A DNA stretch of 64,000 bases, taken from an uncultured Lachnospiraceae bacterium. Its GTDB lineage: Bacteria > Bacillota > Clostridia > Christensenellales > UBA1242. The stretch's first letter is position 1; every line of letters starts with the position of its first letter. A model generated the notes under the pieces. That model was not told the DNA's origin. It was given only the letters and a program-made list of their open reading frames with translations, and ran no database searches. A program made the translations under genes and the position numbers. The DNA is taken from assembly GCA_964432825.1 (NCBI GenBank), contig CAYSOX010000007.1:975-64974 (forward strand), given 5' to 3'. Below are positions 1 through 8,541 of this stretch, piece by piece.

Positions 1-2
1 AA

Positions 3-563
3 GATAACCTTTCTGAAACTGAGAAGACAAAAGAAAATGCGGATAATTTTTATGCTAATTATTTTAATCGAAAGCCCACAAATGTTGATGGTGTAGAAAG
101 TGATAGGCAAACAACAAACGCGAATACAGAAATTTCTGGATGCGAATTAGATGATTGTAATTGTCACGGAGAAGACAGTGAAGGATTGCATTCTCACAAC
201 TGCCACGATAATTGTTGCAATGAGCATCACCATAATTTAGAGCATAATTGCAATAAAGGGAAAAATTCTAACGAACAAGAGGTCGATTTATTAAATCAGC
301 AACTGTCAGAGGAAGAATACCTTGAAATTAGAGCAAAAAATCTTCAAACAAAACTTTCGAAATATAAAGAATATGAATTTGATGACGAGACGGATTTTTC
401 GTGCGAACTTGACCCGTCAAAAGTGTGTGATAATTGCGGAAAGTGTTTAGAGTCTTATAATACCGATAGTGAAGGTTTTACGCAAATTAAAATAGATAAA
501 ATTGACCAGTCTAAAACCTCACTTGATAGTCTATATAAAATGTACGGGCTGGATGACGAATAA
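3..563 (+). CDS. Cys/His-rich hypothetical protein, 5' end outside window
   Basis: Frame 3 is open from base 3 to the stop at 561-563. The TTG at 186 in the track is only the first in-window start. Contains His/Cys clusters HSHNCHDNCCNEHHHNLEHNC and CDNCGKC. A terminator hairpin follows. Confidence 0.5.
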   Translation, partial: DNLSETEKTKENADNFYANYFNRKPTNVDGVESDRQTTNANTEISGCELDDCNCHGEDSEGLHSHNCHDNCCNEHHHNLEHNCNKGKNSNEQEVDLLNQQLSEEEYLEIRAKNLQTKLSKYKEYEFDDETDFSCELDPSKVCDNCGKCLESYNTDSEGFTQIKIDKIDQSKTSLDSLYKMYGLDDE

Positions 564-565
564 AT

Positions 566-613
566 GCAAAAAAAACTTTACAAAAGGGAAATCCTAATGT
601 AAAGTTTTTTTAA
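566..613. terminator. bidirectional intrinsic terminator between convergent genes
   Basis: 10-bp stem aaactttaca (573-582) / tgtaaagttt (598-607). An A-run lies upstream and a T-run downstream. Confidence 0.6.
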
Positions 614-621
614 TTTAAAAC

Positions 622-1683
622 TTAATCGTTGTTTGGTGAATCGTCGCGAAGTTTTATTACATTTGCAACATTTCGTCTAATATCTTCACTCATAGCCGCA
701 TAGTGCTTTTTTGTTGTGTTTACATCTTTATGGCCTAAAACATCGGCAACAATATAAATATCTTTTGTTTCCCTATATAATTCGGTACCAAAAGTACTTC
801 GTAGTTTGTGGGGGGTTATCTTTTTAAGCGGGGTGGTTATATTTGCATATTTTTTTACCAGTTTTTGAACACTTCTTACAGTTATTCGTTTATTTTGTAA
901 GGATAAAAACAATGCGTTTTCTCCTCGGGCATCTTTGTTTTCGGCTCGAACGCGTAAATACTGTAAAAGGGCAATACGAACTTCGTCACCGAAATACACA
1001 ATCTCTTGATTTCCTCCTTTTCTCGTAATTCTAATTCCGTTTGTTTCAAAATCTACATCATCCAAATTTAAACCAACACATTCAGAAACTCGAATGCCAG
1101 TGCCTAACATCAATGTTATCATGGCAACATCGCGTTCTTTTGTCTTGTTATGATAGACCTGCTCGTGGTCAGATAAACATTTCCCACTTTCGGCAACTGT
1201 TATAAGTTTTGATATTTCATCTGTTTCTAGCCTAATTATTGGCTTATCGTGAATTTTTGGGGTTCTAACTTTTTGTGTTACATTTTCACGGATTAATTCT
1301 TTATTATAGAAATAACTGAAAAAAGATTTAATAGATGATAGTTTGCGTGCTTTTCCGATATCGCTATTGGTAAATTCTTTACTATTTTCTGTTTCATAAT
1401 GAGTTAAAAAACTTAAAAAATTTTCAATATCTTCAGCAGTTACAGCATTTAAATCCGAAACTTCTAAATTTTTAATGGTTTTTCCTTTAAATACATCTGT
1501 TTGAGTAGATAAATATCCTAAAAACAGCCTAATATCATAAGCATAATTAAGCCTTGTAAGAGGGGAAGTTGTTTGTTCGATCCCAACAAAATACTTATAG
1601 GCAAAATCTGGAAGTTCTGCCATAACCTGTCTTAATTTTATTAAAGTTGCTTTATTTCTTTGTTCAAAATATGTGTTTTTCAT
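622..1683 (-). CDS. tyrosine recombinase, Xer family (XerS/XerC-like, 353 aa)
   Basis: C-terminal catalytic signature: GIRVSE (Arg), ITPHKLRSTFGTELY (H-x-x-R), LGHKDVNTTKKHY (His and nucleophile Tyr). Has an N-terminal SAM-like core-binding domain. The length and the ITRKGGNQ motif recall single-recombinase XerS proteins as I remember them. Confidence 0.85.
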   Translation of the reverse strand: MKNTYFEQRNKATLIKLRQVMAELPDFAYKYFVGIEQTTSPLTRLNYAYDIRLFLGYLSTQTDVFKGKTIKNLEVSDLNAVTAEDIENFLSFLTHYETENSKEFTNSDIGKARKLSSIKSFFSYFYNKELIRENVTQKVRTPKIHDKPIIRLETDEISKLITVAESGKCLSDHEQVYHNKTKERDVAMITLMLGTGIRVSECVGLNLDDVDFETNGIRITRKGGNQEIVYFGDEVRIALLQYLRVRAENKDARGENALFLSLQNKRITVRSVQKLVKKYANITTPLKKITPHKLRSTFGTELYRETKDIYIVADVLGHKDVNTTKKHYAAMSEDIRRNVANVIKLRDDSPNND

Positions 1684-1760
1684 AATTTTATGATATCATA
1701 TTTTAAATTAATTGTAAAATAAATTTACAAACTTTTCGCAAAATTTATTTGCCGTACTAC

Positions 1761-1789
1761 TTGATTTTTTTATAAACTTTTAGTATAAT
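1761..1789 (+). promoter_or_regulatory. sigma-A-type promoter for the giant sigma-like gene
   Basis: TTGATT (1761-1766), 17-nt spacer, TATAAT (1784-1789). Confidence 0.5.
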
Positions 1790-1876
1790 AAGTCGCATAA
1801 AGTCGAGTAAAAAGAAATTCAATGTTTCAGATTCGAAATTTTAACATAAACTTTTAGTAAAAGCATTGATTTCTTT

Positions 1877-1911
1877 CTAAAAGAAGATGTGATGGCATCT
1901 TCTTTTTGTTT
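1877..1911 (+). terminator. terminator-like hairpin in the 5' leader (possible attenuator)
   Basis: Stem aagaagatg (1881-1889) / catcttctt (1896-1904), extendable to 11 bp, followed by tttttgttt. It lies between the promoter at 1761 and the RBS-backed ATG at 1943. Confidence 0.45.
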
Positions 1912-1942
1912 GAATATGTATGGCGATTTTTGGGAGATTTTT

Positions 1943-4900
1943 ATGGGAAAAGCAAATAATGATTTAATTGGTACAGCAGAAACTGAAAATCAGTCTGTTT
2001 TAGCGAGAAAGAGAAATAGGAAAAAATATGAAAGTCCTTCTTTTCAGATTATAAATTTTGAACAGGAGAATATTTGTGGAATAAAAGACAATTATGCATC
2101 TTCTTCACACTTAAGCGATTTGGATATATCTAATTCGCGGCTAGAAAATGGCAATACGGATTTAGGTGTTGAGAAAATTGTGCAGAGTCATCCACAAAAT
2201 CTACAAAGAGAGTCCTTTAGTAACCCCGTTAAAAATTTGACAGATGGTTCAAGGAGTGGGGATGTTCCTGCGGTTTTACAAATAAAAAATCAAATACCTG
2301 AAGAAATTCAATCTTTAATTTTAAACCTTGAAAGAATTGATAACCTTGCAAAGAAATTAAAAGAAAGAGGTAAAAGCGACGATGAAATTGCAGGTGCTTT
2401 AACTGAGGAAGATTTTGCAATTGCTGAACATTATGCAAGGGTTTATGTGTATTTGAAAGATGTCTTAAAATTAGGGAAAGAGTTTTTTTCTAAGATGGAC
2501 AGACTTGTTGGATTATTGGAGGCGGATAAGCATTTTAAAGATTTAGATGATTCGGTTGAATGTGTGGGAAGCAATACTCCAAAGATGGAAAATGCCGAAA
2601 ATACGGCATACAACACCCGAGAGGTAAATAATGACAGAATGATAGATGGTAATACACCTCGTGGCGGTTCTAAATCGACAACTGAAACGAGTGCAAAAAA
2701 TAGTCGCTCCAAAACCAGTAGTTTGCAAAATAAAACTAAAAATGGGAGAGTCGCCACTTCAAAACAAAGCGAAGAAAATTCAATTTTAACCTCTAAAATT
2801 TCCCAAGAAAAGCCCACTATAATAGGAGGGAAAAAGGTAGAACAAACATCTGCTACTCAATGTCACCCGAGCGAAATTAAGCCTTTAAGCGAAGAACAGA
2901 AGCAAGAAGTTCCAGTCATTAGTAGTGTCCAATATGGTGGATTATCAACAAAGGAACTTTTAGACCTTTATAATTCGTATGGAGTAGATACATCTATAGA
3001 AAAAATTGTATTTAAGAAAAAGGAGTTAAAACCCGAAATTAAAGAGAAAATGGGGGTTTTAAATCCTGAAAAATTGTTTTCATATATAAACAATAGAAAA
3101 CTTTGTATGCTTATTGAGACTGAAATTTATCAACCATCAGTTGTGGCTGAAAGATATGGGGTAAATAAAGATAGTTTAATTAATAACAATTCTGCAGTAC
3201 GAAGAGAACTATTAGATTTATTGGTGAATGCAATTAACATTAACTCGTTACAAAACGAGGGTTTTAGTGTGTCACAAATTGCCCAAAAACTGAACATATT
3301 TTCTGCTTCTGAGGTAACATATTATCAGTCTGTATACAAACATATCTTTGAAAATGGTGCAAAACCAAAAATTGAAACAGAAGATGTAATAAAAACCACT
3401 AGTGTGGTCACAAAAGAAGATTTTCGACTAGCACAACAAGCAATTAACAAGCCTAAAGATGTAGTTGTGCCAACAGAATGTACAAGGGCTATGAATAAGG
3501 TTTTTGAGGCACATTATGGATTGGTTAGGCTTATGAACCAAAGAGTTTTTGGAAATTTATCTTCAGGACAACGCGAGGAAATTGAAAACGCCATTTTGGA
3601 CGGATATTCTTTTGCGATTGAAACATTTGATTATGAGTCGTATGATAAATTTTCAACCTATGCAATCCGCTGGATGCAAATAAAAATGGGAGCGGTTTTA
3701 CGACGAATTTATAGCAGTTTGGGAACTTCTGAGCCATTGCTTAGAGCGGATACATTGTGGCTTGATAAACCAATAAACGATCAGCAAGCGGATAATAAAT
3801 ATAAAACAACTTATTCGGAATTTTTCTCGGATGGCTCTTATGAAGAAATGAAAGACGATATTGAGAGAAGAGATGATATTGAATACACGAAGCGATTACT
3901 AATGTATTTAAACCCTCAACAACAAGAAGTATTACTTAGAAAATATCGGGGTGAAACATTTGAATCTATTGGGCGTTCTAGAGGAATTACTCGACAGTCT
4001 ATCGAATTACAACATAGATTGGCTATGGATAAAATTAGAACATTAATTAGAAGAACATCTACGGTTGGTCAGTTTATAGATCAAGGGAAAACCTTTGAAG
4101 AAGTGTTTCGCGAAGTCGGTCAAGAGTTGGGGCTTAAAAATGTAGACAAGGTAAAGTTGGCATATAGACAATTTGTCCATATAAATAAAGGTGGGGCATT
4201 TCCATATGTAAAAACAAATGCAAGTACTACTACAAGTATGAATACTGCTCACCCTCAAGCAAAAGCACAAAAAACAAGTCGTTCAACAGAAAATAGTGTT
4301 GCAACAAAAAGCAAAACTTCGGAATTGGGCGTGTGGCATGTCTCACATCAAGATAGTAAAGCATATTTTGAATCTAAGATAGAAGAATTCAAAAAATCCG
4401 GATACTTGATTTCGGATGATTTTAGAACAAAAATGTCCATACTCAATATATTGGATGGAATAGAACTTTTGGTTGATGGAAAAATTAATTTAGATTTTCA
4501 AATATCTGAACTGTATGCAGGATTGTCTGTTTTTAATGCATTGTCTACTACTTCAAAAGAGTCTAGAACGCATATTAATGAATTTTTTAATGCAATATCT
4601 GAAGGTAAAACGCTGAGCGAAGTGCTAGAAATGATAATGCAAGCAAAACCTAACAATAAAAACAAAAAACGCCATGTAATACTGCAACAGAATTTTACAG
4701 TTTTGACTAATAACTTTATTAAAATTATTAAAAAAAGTTCGTTGGTACATCAAAAAAACGAATTATCAGCAAAATCACAAGGTGAAATGGAAATGCTTTC
4801 ATTATTGGATGGTTTTTATTTGAAGTTTGTGGATGGTGCTACAAATACACTACTAGAACCTAATTCAAAAGAAAATAAAATGATTAAGATTATCGATTTG

Positions 4901-5227
4901 CTTTATGGCAAATATGATGAAATAGATTTTGAACTTGTTGAAAAACTTGCAAATTGCAATATTCAAAAATTTTTTAAGGCAATTGGAAGTGGATTACCTT
5001 ATGAATATTACGATTTTGCAAAAAAAATATATTATAGGACTCCAGAATTCTACGAAGAAAAAGCGGGTGGTTTGAATTATTTCGCCCATAAAATGTATTT
5101 TACACAAACTAAGATTAAAAAATTCCTAGAACTCATAATTAATGAACATAACAATTCGGGTATAAATAGCCAACTGTTAAACTATTATTCGATAATATTT
5201 GAGGATGAAAGTCAAAATTTAAAGTAA
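1943..5227 (+). CDS. very large protein with an embedded sigma-70 family core (region 2 + region 4)
   Basis: ORF is open 1889-5227. I prefer ATG 1943 (RBS GGGAGA 5 nt upstream) because 1889-1911 is the leader hairpin. Region 2.x match: ILDGYSFAIETFDYESYDKFSTYAIRWMQIKMG (compare the canonical FD...G.KFSTYA.WWIRQ). Region 4 HTH: LNPQQQEVLLRKYRGETFESIGRSRGITRQSIELQHRLAMDKIRTL. About 540 aa N-terminal and about 370 aa C-terminal extensions have no motif I recognise. Confidence 0.7.
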   Translation: MGKANNDLIGTAETENQSVLARKRNRKKYESPSFQIINFEQENICGIKDNYASSSHLSDLDISNSRLENGNTDLGVEKIVQSHPQNLQRESFSNPVKNLTDGSRSGDVPAVLQIKNQIPEEIQSLILNLERIDNLAKKLKERGKSDDEIAGALTEEDFAIAEHYARVYVYLKDVLKLGKEFFSKMDRLVGLLEADKHFKDLDDSVECVGSNTPKMENAENTAYNTREVNNDRMIDGNTPRGGSKSTTETSAKNSRSKTSSLQNKTKNGRVATSKQSEENSILTSKISQEKPTIIGGKKVEQTSATQCHPSEIKPLSEEQKQEVPVISSVQYGGLSTKELLDLYNSYGVDTSIEKIVFKKKELKPEIKEKMGVLNPEKLFSYINNRKLCMLIETEIYQPSVVAERYGVNKDSLINNNSAVRRELLDLLVNAININSLQNEGFSVSQIAQKLNIFSASEVTYYQSVYKHIFENGAKPKIETEDVIKTTSVVTKEDFRLAQQAINKPKDVVVPTECTRAMNKVFEAHYGLVRLMNQRVFGNLSSGQREEIENAILDGYSFAIETFDYESYDKFSTYAIRWMQIKMGAVLRRIYSSLGTSEPLLRADTLWLDKPINDQQADNKYKTTYSEFFSDGSYEEMKDDIERRDDIEYTKRLLMYLNPQQQEVLLRKYRGETFESIGRSRGITRQSIELQHRLAMDKIRTLIRRTSTVGQFIDQGKTFEEVFREVGQELGLKNVDKVKLAYRQFVHINKGGAFPYVKTNASTTTSMNTAHPQAKAQKTSRSTENSVATKSKTSELGVWHVSHQDSKAYFESKIEEFKKSGYLISDDFRTKMSILNILDGIELLVDGKINLDFQISELYAGLSVFNALSTTSKESRTHINEFFNAISEGKTLSEVLEMIMQAKPNNKNKKRHVILQQNFTVLTNNFIKIIKKSSLVHQKNELSAKSQGEMEMLSLLDGFYLKFVDGATNTLLEPNSKENKMIKIIDLLYGKYDEIDFELVEKLANCNIQKFFKAIGSGLPYEYYDFAKKIYYRTPEFYEEKAGGLNYFAHKMYFTQTKIKKFLELIINEHNNSGINSQLLNYYSIIFEDESQNLK

Positions 5228-6031
5228 ATTGTATCCGTGCAAATTTTTGAACCTCAAAGACTAAGCATTTGGTTAAATTTAATCATTAATATTATACAAC
5301 AATAAACAATGTAAATTTTAAATAATACTTTAGTTAAACAAGTTTGCGAGGCTTTTGTAACAATTGTTAATGACAGTAAAATTTAAAACATAAAGTGGGG
5401 TAGGGACTTTGGATGTTTGATTTTATTTTAGAATTCAATAACTTTGACCCAAAATAATTCGCCAACTTTTCGTAAAAAATTATTTTGCTACTTTTTGTTT
5501 ATAATAACGCATAATAGTAATAAAACAAATTTTTACGAATACAATTTACGACACATAAAATTTAATTACTTACTTATTAAAATTTTACCACTTAAAACTT
5601 TTGCCAATATCACCAAACCAATTATAATTAAGCAATTTTTAAGAGAAATAATTTTATTAATTCTGTGTCAGTTTATATATGGCTTAAATTAATTTTTGAT
5701 AAGCGTTATGCCTACTAATTGCATTGTGAATTTTTCTGCTGTGTAATATTTTATAAAAATTAATTTTGATATTTTGCTTAATACAATTTGGCAATAAATC
5801 TTTAAGTTTCACGGTAATTTTGAATATGACAACATTTAATTAAAAAATTTTGTCCGTGCAAATTAAGTTTGTAGTCTAAAATTAAAGGCAGATGTTAATG
5901 AATTTTCGATTAAACAAATTAGACAGCAGAAGAACCTTAAAAAGTAAAAATAATTATAAAAATTTAAATATTATTCTTTTAAACTTGCATCCATACAAAA
6001 TATGACTAAAAACCTCTAACAATTCGTAAAA

Positions 6032-6093
6032 TCTGTATTTGGCGAATACTATCTTATTGATTATAATATACACAAAGACCTATTCCCTGTCAA
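6032..6093. repeat. attL direct repeat (62 bp)
   Basis: tctgtatttggcgaatactatcttattgattataatatacacaaagacctattccctgtcaa. About 59/63 identical to 12302-12364. Confidence 0.85.
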
Positions 6094-6111
6094 CTAAAAT
6101 TTCAATATTTT

Positions 6112-6993
6112 TTAAATATTTTTAAATTTGTCTATGATTTTTAGTAGATATGCAAAAATATATTCGTTAAAATCTAATACAAAATTTGAATTTATAAAAG
6201 GCTTAAGTTTTACTTGTTTATCCTTTCCAAGTTGTTTAAAGTAAAAAGACGGGTTGTCACATAACCAAAGAAGTTGCAATAACACATAATCACTTTTAGA
6301 CAATTTAATACAATCAAACAAATTTAAATTTCCACACACCATAATTTGAGGCAATTGCTTAGAAACAACCAAGTAATCACACGAATTGGTGCTAAGTTCT
6401 AATCGGGTCAAATCATAATCTAAATCGCTCTCAATGGCTTTATTGTAGAGTTTAACTCTTCCGTAATCACTAGTAGAACCTAAATATTCTGTACAATTTA
6501 CACCAGAACAATCATAAACAAATTTTTTATAAACACGTTTATCCTTAACAATAGACACATATTTTTTTGATATTGGTAAATCAATTGCAATATCATAAAC
6601 GCTCAAAGTCAAATTTATATGTAAATAATGCATATATTCTAGAACCATTGTTAACTCTTTACACTTCCCTACCCTATTCGGATTAAATTCAATAAAACAA
6701 CTAGTTTTTTCAGAAGACTTCAAACCTTTAAATCCTAAACCTACAGCAAATGTGTAAACACTATTATGAATATGCACCTTAAGTAAAACATTATATGCAA
6801 ACGACTTAGCAGACTGATAAACATCACAATCAGCAATGTCACTAATAAAACCTCTTAGTAAGTACATTTTTTGAGGAGAACAATAAAATTTAAACCTCAA
6901 CATATCAATTGAATAGATAACATTATTTAAACTTTTATAACAATCAAAATATTTTAACATACCAACCTCAAAATGCGGAAAACCGCCATTCAC
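6112..6993 (-). CDS. rolling-circle replication initiator (Rep_trans / pT181-RepC-like)
   Basis: Motifs FIEFNPNRV, YDIAIDL and EYLGSTSDYGRVKLYNKAIE...LTRLELS match my recollection of the Rep_trans family (E.NPNK; D.A.D; Y.GSR.S....R.Y.K..E...R.E). Position is next to att and the hairpin-rich intergenic region. Confidence 0.65.
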   Translation of the reverse strand: MNGGFPHFEVGMLKYFDCYKSLNNVIYSIDMLRFKFYCSPQKMYLLRGFISDIADCDVYQSAKSFAYNVLLKVHIHNSVYTFAVGLGFKGLKSSEKTSCFIEFNPNRVGKCKELTMVLEYMHYLHINLTLSVYDIAIDLPISKKYVSIVKDKRVYKKFVYDCSGVNCTEYLGSTSDYGRVKLYNKAIESDLDYDLTRLELSTNSCDYLVVSKQLPQIMVCGNLNLFDCIKLSKSDYVLLQLLWLCDNPSFYFKQLGKDKQVKLKPFINSNFVLDFNEYIFAYLLKIIDKFKNI

Positions 6994-6994
6994 C

Positions 6995-7308
6995 GCCCCT
7001 TGTTAGACGGGGGCTAACAATAAGTGCAATTTTTGTTTTTTTAAAAAAGGTGCCACTTCGTGGCATTATTTTTTTTTTGCATAAGTGCATACTATACACT
7101 CAACACAAATCGCAACACTAGACACAACTTTAGCATAGTAAAAATTAAGGGGACACCCCTTAACAACCAATGATTAGCACGAAGTCTTTTAATCAATTAA
7201 ACGCGAAATGTGTTTTTGAACACGCTGAAACATTGGGTACCCACAATGAACAGCAGAAAAAACTGTAACGCTGGTTAATAAAAGTTGACATACTTTTTGA
7301 AAAAGTAT
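6995..7308. other. phage intergenic region with four hairpins (candidate ori / packaging signal / terminator)
   Basis: Hairpins: gcccct/gggggc (6995-7014); tgccac-ttc-gtggca flanked by A6 and T13 (7043-7078); ttaagggg-aca-ccccttaa (7145-7163); atacttttt-g-aaaaagtat (7290-7308). Confidence 0.5.
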
Positions 7309-7350
7309 CAAAACAAGTAAGCAGAGCGTAAATTAAACGATAACAAAAAC

Positions 7351-7379
7351 TTGCAAACACACAGAAAAAAGTGTATAAT
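7351..7379 (+). promoter_or_regulatory. sigma-A-type promoter for ORF 7410-7997
   Basis: TTGCAA (7351-7356), 17-nt spacer, TATAAT (7374-7379). RBS AGGAGA at 7398-7403. Confidence 0.55.
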
Positions 7380-7409
7380 ATACAAAAATAAACAATTAGG
7401 AGAAAATAT

Positions 7410-7997
7410 ATGAAGAAAGAAAAAACAACAAAAATTATAATGCTAATAATTTTAAGTGTAATTGCAATACTAATAATAGCAACATCAATAATAACAAATA
7501 TGAATATTGCTATAACAATCTCTGTATCACTACTATCAGCAGTAGCAATAGTAATAACAATAACTACATTATTTGAAAATAAAGAAATTAAGTTCAAATA
7601 TCAAACCAAAACAAAGACAGAAACTAAAACCCAAGTCAACAATACAATAGAAATACAAAAACAAGAAAACGAAGAAACACATAAAACACTTCAACCGATA
7701 ATCAACGAAACGCCTACAAAAAAAGAAAATAAACCACAAAAACCAACAAGTGACAATGCAACCATTACAACTCTAAACATAATTAAATATATTTTATTTG
7801 GACTATTTGCAGTAAACACTATAATAACAATAGTATTTTATTTCACAATATTACTTATATACTTCAGCATAATAACAGAAATAATTGCAATAATCGAATT
7901 GATATTTGCTATATATATAGAAAAGAAAATTCAAAACATAAAAACAAACAATCTATTAAGCGAGATTCTAGAACAAATCAAAAATAATAAAAAATAA
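7410..7997 (+). CDS. phage-borne membrane protein on the opposite strand (4 predicted TM helices, Thr/Lys/Glu-rich linker)
   Basis: Strong RBS and promoter. Two N-terminal and two C-terminal hydrophobic helices. It is the only plus-strand gene in the element. Confidence 0.6.
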   Translation: MKKEKTTKIIMLIILSVIAILIIATSIITNMNIAITISVSLLSAVAIVITITTLFENKEIKFKYQTKTKTETKTQVNNTIEIQKQENEETHKTLQPIINETPTKKENKPQKPTSDNATITTLNIIKYILFGLFAVNTIITIVFYFTILLIYFSIITEIIAIIELIFAIYIEKKIQNIKTNNLLSEILEQIKNNKK

Positions 7998-8015
7998 TTT
8001 TTTAGTTTTTTTTTG

Positions 8016-8037
8016 GGGGGCGAATAAATTCGCCCCC
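8016..8037. terminator. GC-rich perfect hairpin between convergent phage genes
   Basis: gggggcgaat / attcgccccc forms a 9-10 bp stem. The long T-run is on the 5' side on the plus strand, so it is not a textbook terminator. It could instead be a packaging or origin hairpin. Confidence 0.4.
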
Positions 8038-8046
8038 TTTAAAACC

Positions 8047-8529
8047 CTAGAAAACAAAAAGCCAACCAATAAAATAAGTAACAAACACCAAAACTTGAAC
8101 AAGGCTAACACCAATAAAAATCAAAACATTAAAAACATTTATGAAGTAATTTAAAAAACGGAAAAAGGACCCCCAGACGACAGAACCGGTATCCAGCAAA
8201 GGAATAACCGAACTAAAATGAGCAATATTAACCGAAGGAACACTTTGAAGAAATTCCAAAAAACCACGAAAAGTTATAGTACTTGCACCAATCAATGTAC
8301 GATATAAAGCAAAAACAAGTAAAATCATAACAAAAATTTTAAAAATTGAACCAGAAAACTTAAATTTATCCGCTTTACTCATACTTGTATGCTTTGTAAT
8401 TTTAGTAAAACCCTCACCGTCACTAAATTTATCAACTGTTATCTTTCTAGAATGTATGCCACGACCAGTATAAGTTACACTTTGAGTTAAACTACCTTTT
8501 TGCTTTAAACTTTTATCACGAGAAACCAT
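8047..8529 (-). CDS. phage membrane protein (160 aa)
   Basis: Basic N-terminal region followed by about 3 TM helices. Directly follows the pIII-like gene. Confidence 0.55.
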   Translation of the reverse strand: MVSRDKSLKQKGSLTQSVTYTGRGIHSRKITVDKFSDGEGFTKITKHTSMSKADKFKFSGSIFKIFVMILLVFALYRTLIGASTITFRGFLEFLQSVPSVNIAHFSSVIPLLDTGSVVWGSFFRFLNYFINVFNVLIFIGVSLVQVLVFVTYFIGWLFVF

Positions 8530-8541
8530 AAAACTACCACA

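Noticed and set aside
1725-1757. Small palindrome GCAAAA-TTTA-TTTGC upstream of the recombinase gene as a difSL-like site, by analogy with xerS-adjacent dif.
   Set aside because: The arms are only 5-6 bp, and the similarity to my remembered difSL and to the att repeat (about 14 of 21) is within chance for this base composition.
1889-1942. GTG at 1889 as the start of the sigma-like protein, as in the ORF track.
   Set aside because: The first 18 codons coincide with the terminator-like hairpin and have no RBS. ATG 1943 has GGGAGA 5 nt upstream.
5444-5692. 82-aa ORF in the left flank. Similar cases are 36165-36356 and 13493-13771.
   Set aside because: TTG or weak starts without an RBS, Ile/Leu/Phe/Asn-rich translations typical of AT-rich non-coding DNA, and one of them is antisense to a better gene.
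6032-6093. Possible dif site inside the att repeat. The reverse strand reads ...GGTCTTTG-TGTATA-TTATAATCAAT, sharing TGTATATTAT with E. coli dif.
   Set aside because: Only the central words match. The putative arms are not inverted repeats of each other and match the XerD arm at 8 of 11 positions, which is weak in AT-rich DNA. I kept only the separately observed TCGCCAA-N8-TTGGCGA core as evidence.
7193-7597. 134-aa minus-strand ORF overlapping the start of the plus-strand phage membrane gene.
   Set aside because: It is antisense to an ORF with a consensus promoter and strong RBS, has no RBS of its own, and runs through the hairpin-rich non-coding region.
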